Source: Gammaproteobacteria bacterium (GTDB taxonomy: Bacteria > Pseudomonadota > Gammaproteobacteria > JAJFKG01). Taken from it: a stretch of 64,000 nt of DNA. Each line of letters begins with the position of its first letter. The stretch's first letter is position 1. Under the pieces are notes generated by a model that made no database searches, was not told the origin of the DNA, and saw nothing but the letters and a program-made list of their open reading frames with translations. The translations under genes and the position numbers were made by a program. Positions 49,644 to 58,770 of this stretch are shown here, in pieces. The stretch spans positions 906,503 through 970,502 of the forward strand of contig OZ220716.1 in NCBI GenBank assembly GCA_965116795.1, read 5' to 3'.

Positions 49644-50661
49644 ACGCCATGCTCGACTTTTTTCATACAGTGACGAGCCTTTCAAACTGAAGTGGTTTGT
49701 TACCCACTATCTTATTAATAAATACGGCCAAGGTGTGTGATAATATTTTTCTGGTAACACGATTAGTGAAATGCCATGTATCTCTTGCCCTGACTTTTTG
49801 AATATGAAACCGTTCGCTTAATTGGCCGATAACCGTTTCAACCAAACGCCGTGTTGATATCAACCATGATGCTGCATCTTTTCCTCTTGTATCAACCATA
49901 TTATCGCGTAGTGGTGTTTGCAAGTTTACGTTTGTCTCTCGTGCCAGTTGCTGTTGATAATCTTTGCCAATTAATCCCTTGTCAGCCAACATTAATCCAC
50001 TAATGCCGCCAATAATATCCCAAAGCGATTCTCTTTCATCGATATTAGCGGCTGTCGCCGTTATACTACTGATCACACCTTCAGAATTAATCACAACATT
50101 TCCTTTGAAACCGTAATAAGTCTCATCTTTGGATGCACAGTATCCAAAGCCTGCTTCACCCTTAAATACACGACTATATTTTGCTCGTTTGAATTTGCAA
50201 ACCGGTATCGGAAATCCATCTGCCATATGTAATGTGTCATCAGTAGCATGCAGTTGGTCACCTATTTTCATTTGGATAACTTGTTTTACTTTCCACAGGT
50301 TTGCTGCTTGTTTTGCAAAGTTACTACGTGCTCCTAGATCGGGAAACAACATTTGCCAGTTAGTTTTAAAATAAGACCATAAGCCTTTATCTGTATCAAT
50401 TCCTAAAAATTCTCCGACAACTTCCATGGTAATTACTTCTTCATCTGATAACTTTGGTGCGAAACCTCGATGTCGTAGCACCTGTAATCCTTCCATACTT
50501 TTGGTACTTTCCGCTACTAAACAAAACACCGTAATGATAAAATCCTCCAATGGCATGGTGACTCTCCTTGTAAGGGCGATTCTTTCAAACCAAAATTACT
50601 GGAATTCACTGTGCCAGTCAAACTTTAAACAATTTTATCCCAAAAAAGTCGAGCATGGCGT
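49644..50661 (-). mobile_element. Complete IS982-family insertion sequence (1018 bp), 5-bp target duplication TATTA
   Basis: IRs ACGCCATGCTCGACTTTTTT / AAAAAAGTCGAGCATGGCGT; TATTA at 49639-49643 and 50662-50666. Confidence 0.92.
49663..50556 (-). CDS. IS982-family DDE transposase
   Basis: KLSDEEVIT, ADGFPIPVC, GYCASKDETYYGFK, LADKG, RRLVETVIGQL. Confidence 0.93.
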   Translation of the reverse strand: MPLEDFIITVFCLVAESTKSMEGLQVLRHRGFAPKLSDEEVITMEVVGEFLGIDTDKGLWSYFKTNWQMLFPDLGARSNFAKQAANLWKVKQVIQMKIGDQLHATDDTLHMADGFPIPVCKFKRAKYSRVFKGEAGFGYCASKDETYYGFKGNVVINSEGVISSITATAANIDERESLWDIIGGISGLMLADKGLIGKDYQQQLARETNVNLQTPLRDNMVDTRGKDAASWLISTRRLVETVIGQLSERFHIQKVRARDTWHFTNRVTRKILSHTLAVFINKIVGNKPLQFERLVTV

Positions 50662-50777
50662 TATTATTTAAATTACATTTCGTTTAATATTATCGTTAAT
50701 TTAAACGGCTGTGTCCTTATTTGCAATTATGCTCACTCGTAACAGTTGAATATTGATCAGGCAAACACTGCACGATT

Positions 50778-52191
50778 TTAGCGTTGTTTTCGCGTATATC
50801 CATTGGCGCTAGCTTTGATATGTCCTGACAAGGTTAAATCCGTTAACAAGGTAGCAACCATAGCGACGGATAGCCCGCTGCGCACAATGATTTGTTCCAT
50901 AGGCGTTGCCTGATAGCCGACACACTTTAATAAAAAAGCGTGATCGTTGTCTAGCGACGTTGTTTGCTGAATGGGTAAATTGTCTATTTTTTCACCGTTT
51001 GTGCCTGTTGATGCTAAATGTGGTAACGCATTAATAATGTCATCGACATGTTCGACGAGTTGGGCACCCTCACGTAATAAATGGTGGCACCCTTTCGTCA
51101 TCGGATTGTGGATCGAACCTGGAATAGCAAATACTTCACGGTCTTGCTCTAGCGCAAGACGTGCTGTAATCAACGATCCACTGCGCAATGTTGCCTCTAC
51201 TACCAAAACGCCAGTACTGAGGCCACTGATGATGCGATTGCGTTGCGGGAAATGGTATGCACGTGGTGGTGTATTTGGTAAAAATTCACTGAGAATGACA
51301 CCACCTTGCTCACGAATTTGATCAGCAAGTTGTTGATGGGTTTTGGGGTAGCACTGATCAAGGCCAGTTGCGATTACAGCAATAGTATGAGGATGGTTAC
51401 TATTCAGTGCTCCACGATGGCTAGCACCATCGATGCCGTGTGCCAATCCGCTGGTAATGACTACACCATGATCCGCGAGTGTTTTAGCAAAATGTTGGGC
51501 CAACTCGATTCCATCTGCACTCGGGTTACGGCTGCCAACCATCTTGCTCACGAATTTGATCAGCAAGTTGTTGATGGGTTTTGGGGTAGCACTGATCAAG
51601 GCCAGTTGCGATTACAGCAATAGTATGAGGATGGTTACTATTCAGTGCTCCACGATGGCTAGCACCATCGATGCCGTGTGCCAATCCGCTGGTAATGACT
51701 ACACCATGATCCGCGAGTGTTTTAGCAAAATGTTGGGCCAACTCGATTCCATCTGCACTCGGGTTACGGCTGCCAACCATAGCAAGCTGGTTACGTGATA
51801 ATAATTGCCAATTACCATCGGCAAATAATACAAGTGGCGGATCGACGATGTGTTTAAGTAGTGGTGGATAGTCTGATGAGCCTAGGGTGATGATTTTCCA
51901 ATGGTGTTGATCAATGCAATTGATTGCCGCATCGATTTGATTCCATGGTGGACTTTGTAAATACGTAATTTGTTTAGGTGATAAACTAGCTTGTTGTAAT
52001 AAGGTTACGTTAGCGGTGAATAGATTATTGATCGATTGATCTAAAATGGTGGCTAGTGCATATAAGCGGATATGAGGTTGTGGTGCACGTGCTAAACCAA
52101 GCCACTCACGCAATGTACCTTGCAGAGGTCTAACATCAATTGATGAAGATAGCAGTTCGGCGCCTGGTTGTACTTGAGATAGCGCATGCAC
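50778..52191 (-). pseudogene. dprA: DNA-processing protein DprA, frameshifted by an internal 238-bp tandem duplication
   Basis: DYPPLL, AMVGSR, SGLAHGIDG, FPQRNRIISGLS, SGSLITA split over two ORFs; removing one copy gives a 391-aa frame. Confidence 0.9.
51305..51780. repeat. Perfect tandem duplication, 2 x 238 bp
   Basis: 51305-51542 equals 51543-51780 (CTTGCTCACG...GCCAACCAT). Confidence 0.95.
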
Positions 52192-52194
52192 GAA

Positions 52195-53322
52195 TCACCC
52201 TTTTGGATTGGTGACGGTATCCATAATACTAATAATATTGCTAGCTTTTAAAATAAGTGCGTAACTAGCATTGTAGAAGGTACGAAATATCATCATTTCA
52301 CCCGATTTATAGCCAGGGATCTCGATTGGTTTTTCAGGATTACCATCATCACCAATATTGGTTACCATGCGAGGATTGGTGTAAATGTCGAGGACATCGC
52401 CGACAGCGAGTCCATCTTGTGTGCCTTGATCAAGGACAACGACTTGATATTGCCCTACCTGAGCTAAACCACCTTCCAAACTAATAATGTTTCCATGGAT
52501 AGGTCGTTTAGGCATTTTAGGTGTGAAATAAATTTGTAAATCGGATGTGTCACGAGGTAATAACTTATCACCTTTGATTACTTCGCCATGTGTATTCGAT
52601 AATATTAAGGTGGCCGGTTCGCCTGGTTTCAGCAATTCAGCATCACCAACATATATGGCATTGATCCCAATCACTTGCTTGGTTTTTGGATTAGTAAATG
52701 TTTCACCTCGGCGAAACAGTGAATATTGAGAGGAGCCGCCTTTACCACTATGCAGGCCAGAAACATACACGACATCACCGCTACCGGCAATGATCCGTTC
52801 ACCCTCATGAGCGACGATGGTGGGTGCATGTGTTAGTGTATGTGGCGCTACAATCCGATTGCCACTGATAAACGGTTTAATGTCGACTAGTGGGATTGTA
52901 GGGATAGCATTATCTAATGGCATACTGCGTATTTTGGGGGATAACTTAGCTGTGCCGGTTTGCGTAATCGTTAATACCGGTTGCTGTTGTTTAACAGATA
53001 CTTGGATAACATCGCCAGGATAAATACGATGACGATGTTTAAGTTTTGGATTCGTTGCTAATAGCGCTTCCCATTGCCATGGATATTGTAAAATTTTGCT
53101 AGAGATATCCCATAATGTATCGTTTTCTTTTACGGTATAGCGTTTTGGGTAATTTGGATTCAAGATCGGCGCTTCGGGTATGTTCAGTGTTGAAACGTGT
53201 GATGTAGATGTTGGTTTCTTGGTTGGTAGCGGTGAATGTGTCTGTGCAGTTAGTGTCGTTGTCCACACGAATAGAGATAGACTGATAATCAACAATGGGC
53301 TGAACTTTCTGGTGCTGGTCAT
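52195..53322 (-). CDS. LysM peptidoglycan-binding protein (TsaP-like)
   Basis: Signal peptide; YTVKENDTLWDIS...PWQW...IYPGD; LSPKIR; canonical position upstream of dprA. Confidence 0.88.
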   Translation of the reverse strand: MTSTRKFSPLLIISLSLFVWTTTLTAQTHSPLPTKKPTSTSHVSTLNIPEAPILNPNYPKRYTVKENDTLWDISSKILQYPWQWEALLATNPKLKHRHRIYPGDVIQVSVKQQQPVLTITQTGTAKLSPKIRSMPLDNAIPTIPLVDIKPFISGNRIVAPHTLTHAPTIVAHEGERIIAGSGDVVYVSGLHSGKGGSSQYSLFRRGETFTNPKTKQVIGINAIYVGDAELLKPGEPATLILSNTHGEVIKGDKLLPRDTSDLQIYFTPKMPKRPIHGNIISLEGGLAQVGQYQVVVLDQGTQDGLAVGDVLDIYTNPRMVTNIGDDGNPEKPIEIPGYKSGEMMIFRTFYNASYALILKASNIISIMDTVTNPKG

Positions 53323-53400
53323 ACTCGTTATCCTTATGAGTGTAGCTGAGCTGTTGCTCAGTGATCATATCCATTCCATTAAACAACAATAGTAATTTTA

Positions 53401-53589
53401 ACGTGATTCTCAACTTTTTACAGTGTAGCCTATCTAGTTGATTTTCATGGATCCTGGATATTTGCTTCGCAAATTCCAGAGCCTGTCCTGGGCTTGATCC
53501 AGGAATAACGCCTTAACTGTCATAGGTTTTTATAAAATTGTTATTGTTAGCCAAATAAATTTGCTCTCTAAAAAAGTTGAGAATGGCGT
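53401..53589 (-). mobile_element. 189-bp IS982-type MITE with 8-bp target duplication TAATTTTA
   Basis: Ends ACGTGATTCTCAACTTTTT and AAAAAGTTGAGAATGGCGT; TAATTTTA at 53393-53400 and 53590-53597; reverse complement aligns with 33984-34147. Confidence 0.85.
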
Positions 53590-53803
53590 TAATTTTATAC
53601 TAAATATATAGCAATGTATCGTGAAAATCAGGTAAAAGACATGCCGAATTGTTTTGTTTTTAACAAAATGTAACAAATATTGCCTAATTCCTGGGTGGAT
53701 CAAACTGGATAAGATGGGTTTTAGGGTTTAAGTGCAGATGTAATTATCTAGCAAAACGCATACAATATTTACATTCCATGTATTTATTAGGAGATCACCC
53801 ACA

Positions 53804-54754
53804 GTGAAGGTGATATTTGCGGGTACGCCTGAATTTGCCTGCCCAAGTTTGCGAGCATTGATCGACAGTACGCATACGGTTGTTGCGGTACTCACTCAAC
53901 CGGATAGACCGGCTGGTCGTGGTCGTCAATTACAAGCAAGTCCAGTGAAACAGTTAGCTGTAGCACATCGAATTCCTGTGCATCAACCGGTTACATTGAA
54001 TGATACCAACATGCAAACGCAGTTAACTAGCTATCAAGCTGATGTGATAGTGGTTGTAGCGTATGGGTTGTTATTGCCAACTGCAGTATTAAATATACCA
54101 ACATATGGTTGTATTAACATACATGCATCGTTATTACCGCGTTGGCGAGGAGCAGCCCCGATCCAACATGCCATTTTAGCCGGTGACAATGCTACTGGTA
54201 TTACCATTATGCAAATGGAACGTGGTTTGGATACGGGTGCAATGTTAGCAATATCTGCATGTGCAATCGATTTGGATACAACGGCTGCAATGTTACATGA
54301 TCAATTATCCCAATTGGGGGCACAAACAGTATTGCCAGTATTAGATCAACTTGCTAATGGCAATGTGACGGCAATATCGCAAGATTCGGCATTAGCATGT
54401 TATGCACCGAAATTAACTAAGGCACAAGCAGTTATCGATTGGAATCAATCTGCAATAGCCATTGATCGTTGTATTCGTGCCTTTAATCCGTGGCCAGTTG
54501 CGCATAGTCAATTGTCAAGTAATGTCGTGCGTATATGGTCAGCGCACGTTATTCAACAAAAGACTGATGCCACACCGGGTACGATCATTAATGCTGATCC
54601 ACAGGGTATTGCGGTAGCAACGAGTGAAGGTGTTTTGTATATTGACACATTGCAATTGCCAGGAAAACGTCAATTGCCAACTGCTGATGTATTAAATGCA
54701 CACGCACAATTATTTGCAGTTGGACAACAATTTGAATTGCTGAAGAATTCTTGA
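53804..54754 (+). CDS. fmt: Methionyl-tRNA formyltransferase
   Basis: FAGTPEFA, TQPDRPAGRG, NIHASLLPRWRGAAPIQ, GLDTG, FNPWP. Confidence 0.97.
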   Translation: MKVIFAGTPEFACPSLRALIDSTHTVVAVLTQPDRPAGRGRQLQASPVKQLAVAHRIPVHQPVTLNDTNMQTQLTSYQADVIVVVAYGLLLPTAVLNIPTYGCINIHASLLPRWRGAAPIQHAILAGDNATGITIMQMERGLDTGAMLAISACAIDLDTTAAMLHDQLSQLGAQTVLPVLDQLANGNVTAISQDSALACYAPKLTKAQAVIDWNQSAIAIDRCIRAFNPWPVAHSQLSSNVVRIWSAHVIQQKTDATPGTIINADPQGIAVATSEGVLYIDTLQLPGKRQLPTADVLNAHAQLFAVGQQFELLKNS

Positions 54755-56079
54755 TGATAATAAATACGCGACTGATTGCTGCACGTATATTAGTTCAAGT
54801 GCAACAAGGTAAATCATTAAATAATGCGATAACAACGGTGATAGCTGCCTATTCACAAATAAATCGTGCCGATCGCAGCTTGGTGCAAGAATTAAGTTAC
54901 GGTGTATTGCGTTGGCATTTACAGCTTGCGTATCTAGCAACACAATTATTAACAAAATCGTTAAAGTCGCGTGATCAAGACGTTTACTACTTAATATTAA
55001 TTGGATTGTATCAATTAGGCTATCTTAATCAGCCAGATTATGCAGTGATCAATGAAACGGTTAAGGCAGCGACATTACTCAAAAAACCATGGGCAACTGG
55101 GTTAATTAATGCAGTATTGCGACGCGTACAACGCCAAGGACAACAGTGGGTAACTCAAACGATTACTCAAGCTGATCGAACAGTAATGACAGCACATCCT
55201 AAATGGTTGCTGGATGCATTAACAGCTGCATGGCCAGCACATATCGACGATATCATTGCAGCTAATAATGCTAAACCACCATTGGTGTTGCGGATAAACC
55301 GTTTACAAATAACGCGCGATGCGTATTTACAACAATTGACTGAATGTAATATTGCAGTAGCCCCGCAAGTGCACTGTGAGGATGGTGTTGTGTTAACTCA
55401 AACATTACCTATAGAAACTTTACCGGGTTATGCTGATGGATTATTTGCTGTGCAAGATGGGGCAGCGCAGTTGGCAGCGACGTTATTAAAATTAGATAGC
55501 GCCACATCGATGCTGGATGCATGTGCGGCTCCAGGCGGCAAAACAGCACATATGTTGATGATGGCACCACCATCAACACGTTGTGTTGCTTGGGATAAGG
55601 CGCCTGCACGGTTAGCTATGGTTAAGGAGAACTTACAACGATTGCAATTAGTTGATGAGAATCGCATTCAATTGCAGGTGATGGATGCGATTAATCCTCA
55701 GCAACCCGATCAACTATTTGATCGAATTTTAGTAGATGCACCGTGTTCGGCAACGGGGATCATTCGTCGTCATCCGGATATTAAACTACATCGTCAACCA
55801 ACTGATATTGAAGCGCTTACTGCAATCCAATTACGATTATTACAGTCGTTGTGGTCATTATTATTGCCAGGAGGGTATTTATTGTATGCAACATGTTCTG
55901 TATTGCCGCAAGAAAATGTAAATGTTGTACAATCGTTTTTGCAAGATACACAAGATGCGGTGCATGTGCCGATTGATGTCACATGGGGAATCGCGCAATC
56001 CCTAGGACGACAGATTTTGCCAGGTATGCATGATATGGATGGATTTTATTATGCATTATTAACCAAACAAGAGGAATGA
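54751..56079 (+). CDS. rsmB: 16S rRNA (C967) methyltransferase
   Basis: NusB-like N domain, VQDGAAQ, DACAAPGGKT, DAPCSATG, YATCS, DGFYYA. Confidence 0.95.
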   Translation: MMIINTRLIAARILVQVQQGKSLNNAITTVIAAYSQINRADRSLVQELSYGVLRWHLQLAYLATQLLTKSLKSRDQDVYYLILIGLYQLGYLNQPDYAVINETVKAATLLKKPWATGLINAVLRRVQRQGQQWVTQTITQADRTVMTAHPKWLLDALTAAWPAHIDDIIAANNAKPPLVLRINRLQITRDAYLQQLTECNIAVAPQVHCEDGVVLTQTLPIETLPGYADGLFAVQDGAAQLAATLLKLDSATSMLDACAAPGGKTAHMLMMAPPSTRCVAWDKAPARLAMVKENLQRLQLVDENRIQLQVMDAINPQQPDQLFDRILVDAPCSATGIIRRHPDIKLHRQPTDIEALTAIQLRLLQSLWSLLLPGGYLLYATCSVLPQENVNVVQSFLQDTQDAVHVPIDVTWGIAQSLGRQILPGMHDMDGFYYALLTKQEE

Positions 56080-56084
56080 TAATC

Positions 56085-56404
56085 ATGCTAAAAAATATTG
56101 CGTTAACGTTTATTGTTATATTGCTGTGTTTGTTGATTGGTAGTTATTGGTTTTTTGCATCGCCCGTAGCGTTTGCTGCTGGTGTTTGGGGGTGATTGTC
56201 GGTTCTGTAGTATTGTTTTGCATTGCTGCGTTACTATTTTTTGTATTAACTGGCATTGGTATTATTATTTTAGGCATGTCCTTTTTTATTTGGACGATAA
56301 TCTTATTGATTTTATTTCCATTCTTATTGCCACTCTTATTACCATTATTGATCGTGTTAATTTTTATTTCATTGGTGCGCAAACGACAGTTGCAGAAAAA
56401 GTAA
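56085..56404 (+). pseudogene. Small hydrophobic membrane protein split by an apparent 1-nt deletion in a G5 run
   Basis: GAGGA RBS and ATG at 56085 give MLKNIALTFIVILL...AGVWG then TGA at 56193; one extra G joins it to the hydrophobic frame ending at 56404. Confidence 0.6.
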
Positions 56405-56418
56405 TAACAATATGCCAG

Positions 56419-57111
56419 TTAATCAAGACAAGCTAATAGCCAATGTCGTAATTGTTTAATTTCATCGTGACATACTTCATGTGCGATAGGATATGTATTC
56501 CACACGACATCATATTTCAATTTTAATAAGTGTTGGTAGCTAGATTTGCCGAATAACAGCGGCACAATCGGATCAACGCTACCATGTGCCATAAAAATTG
56601 GTGTCAGCTGATTAGTATCTTGATGACCATCATCAATGTATTTTGCTAAGGGTAAATAACTGGATAATGCAATTAGTCCAGCTAATGGTTTTGGATAACA
56701 TAACCCACTATACAGTGCAGTTGCACCGCCTTGTGAAAAGCCACCGATAATAATGCGTTTTGCGGTGATCCCACTTTGTTGCTGCTGTTTAATCAGTGCG
56801 TGGCATTGAGTACAAGCTTGCTTAATTCCAGTTTCATCTTCTGGTGAGTCAATGGTTAATCCTAAAATATCAAACCAACCACGCATTGGCATGCCACCGT
56901 TTAGGGTAATTGGGCGTACGGGAGCATGTGGAAATATAAAACGAATCGTGTGGTTGTTGGGTAATGCTAATTCATTCGGTAGTGTACTGAAGTTATGGCC
57001 ATCAGCACCTAAGCCATGTAGCCAAATTACACACGCATCAGCAGTATTTGGTGGTTCTTGTGTGATATATTCTAGTGGTTGTTGCATAATTAAAGAACTC
57101 ATTAATATCAA
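56419..57111 (-). CDS. Phospholipase/carboxylesterase (abhydrolase_2); start uncertain
   Basis: WLHGLGADG, FPHAP, GFSQGG, HGSVDPIVP, HEV. Confidence 0.9.
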   Translation of the reverse strand: MILMSSLIMQQPLEYITQEPPNTADACVIWLHGLGADGHNFSTLPNELALPNNHTIRFIFPHAPVRPITLNGGMPMRGWFDILGLTIDSPEDETGIKQACTQCHALIKQQQQSGITAKRIIIGGFSQGGATALYSGLCYPKPLAGLIALSSYLPLAKYIDDGHQDTNQLTPIFMAHGSVDPIVPLLFGKSSYQHLLKLKYDVVWNTYPIAHEVCHDEIKQLRHWLLACLD

Positions 57112-57196
57112 AGTTAATAGTGATCGATTAAATATTATTTAATAATTAACCAATTAAATAAAACAACGTTATCAACTAGATTACGTTGCATAGTGT

Positions 57197-57236
57197 AAAA
57201 AAGTTCGTCCCTGGACTGAATCCAGGGACGAACTTT
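57197..57236 (-). terminator. Intrinsic terminator-like hairpin in a divergent intergenic region
   Basis: 16-bp perfect stem AAAGTTCGTCCCTGGA/TCCAGGGACGAACTTT, 5-nt loop, T6 on the minus strand. Confidence 0.6.
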
Positions 57237-57309
57237 CTTAAATGTAAGTTGCTGCTATCATCAGCACTCAGTATACTGACACACAATTTCATAACAGTGA
57301 AGCATTGAC

Positions 57310-57489
57310 ATGATAAATTATCAACAACACAAACGTTGGAACTACTTGACACTAATATTGGTTTGTTTGCTAAGTATCAGTTGTTTATTGAACTTAACAG
57401 GGTGTGGCATGAATGGGAAATTGTATCTACCTGATAACGATCATCCGGCACCAACCAAACCCGATCCGAATGAACCGACTTGGTTTTGA
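57310..57489 (+). CDS. lptM: LptM/LppL (YifL) small lipoprotein, 59 aa, not in ORF track
   Basis: LTGCGMNGKLYLP lipobox and family motif; canonical position directly before lysA. Confidence 0.8.
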   Translation: MINYQQHKRWNYLTLILVCLLSISCLLNLTGCGMNGKLYLPDNDHPAPTKPDPNEPTWF

Positions 57490-57516
57490 GTAAATAACAT
57501 AGCACAGAGGTAAACA

Positions 57517-58770
57517 ATGGATCATTTTAATTATCATGATGGACAACTCTATGCCGAGAATGTTGCTGTCATTGATATTATCGCTGAATACGGTACACCT
57601 TGTTATATTTATTCACGTGCGACCATCGAACGTCATTGGCAAGTGATGAATGATGTGTGTGGACAATGGCCACATCAAATTTGTTATGCAGTCAAAGCCA
57701 ACGATAATTTGGCGGTGTTAGATGTGCTAACTCGGTTAGGATCGGGTTTTGATCTGGTCTCACAAGGTGAACTAGAACGCGTATTACACGTTGGTGGTGA
57801 TCCAAACAAGATAGTATTTTCCGGCGTAGGCAAACTAACCACAGAAATACAACGTGCCTTACAGGTTGGGATCCATTGCTTTAATATTGAATCGGCAGAT
57901 GAATTAACTCGGATTCAGCAGTGTGCACAATCATTAAATATAATGGCACCAATTGCGGTGCGGATTAACCCTAATGTTGATGCAAATACCCATCCTTATA
58001 TTGCAACCGGTCTGCGTGATAGTAAGTTTGGTGTCGCTCCTGATGTGGCTAGACAGTTATATCAACGCGCGCAACAACTCTCTCATATCGATATTGTTGG
58101 GATAACCTGTCATATTGGTTCGCAGTTAGCCTCATTAACCCCATTTACCGATGCAATGCGTGAGTTATTAACGTTTGTTGATGAATTGCAAGGCATGGGG
58201 ATCACCTTACAACATATCGATATGGGAGGTGGTTTGGGTGTGCCGTATCGTCAAGATGAACAATTGCCAACGCCCGCAGAATATACACAAGCATTGATCG
58301 ATCTATTAGCTGATCGTCAATTAACATTACTATTAGAACCAGGTCGGTTGATCATGGCCAATGCGGGCATTTTAGTCAGTCGTGTAGAATACATTAAAAC
58401 AACTGATAATAAACGATTTGCGATTATTGATGCTGGGATGAATGATTTATTACGCCCAGCATTGTATCAAGCATGGCATGATGTGATCCCGGTGCAGCAA
58501 TTAGAACGCGAGCAACACACTTATGATATTGTTGGACCGGTGTGTGAAACATCTGATTGTTTTGCGACTAAACGTGAATTAGCAATTGCCACAGATGATT
58601 ATATTGCGATCCGCAGTGTCGGTGCTTATGGTGCATGCATGAGTTCACAATACAATGCCAGAGTGCGTGCTGCAGAAGTGATGGTTGATGACAAACAAGC
58701 GCATTTGATCCGTCGGCGTGAGACTTGGGATGATCTAATGCGGCATGAAACGCCGCTGCCTGCACGATGA
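57517..58770 (+). CDS. lysA: Diaminopimelate decarboxylase
   Basis: YAVKAN, THPYIATG...SKFG, HIGSQ, EPGR, GPVCETSD, GAYG. Confidence 0.97.
   Translation: MDHFNYHDGQLYAENVAVIDIIAEYGTPCYIYSRATIERHWQVMNDVCGQWPHQICYAVKANDNLAVLDVLTRLGSGFDLVSQGELERVLHVGGDPNKIVFSGVGKLTTEIQRALQVGIHCFNIESADELTRIQQCAQSLNIMAPIAVRINPNVDANTHPYIATGLRDSKFGVAPDVARQLYQRAQQLSHIDIVGITCHIGSQLASLTPFTDAMRELLTFVDELQGMGITLQHIDMGGGLGVPYRQDEQLPTPAEYTQALIDLLADRQLTLLLEPGRLIMANAGILVSRVEYIKTTDNKRFAIIDAGMNDLLRPALYQAWHDVIPVQQLEREQHTYDIVGPVCETSDCFATKRELAIATDDYIAIRSVGAYGACMSSQYNARVRAAEVMVDDKQAHLIRRRETWDDLMRHETPLPAR

Noticed and set aside
56193-56195. TGA recoding or alternative genetic code
   Set aside because: Read-through hits TAG four codons later, and TGA ends normal genes here (rimM, fmt, rsmB, lysA).
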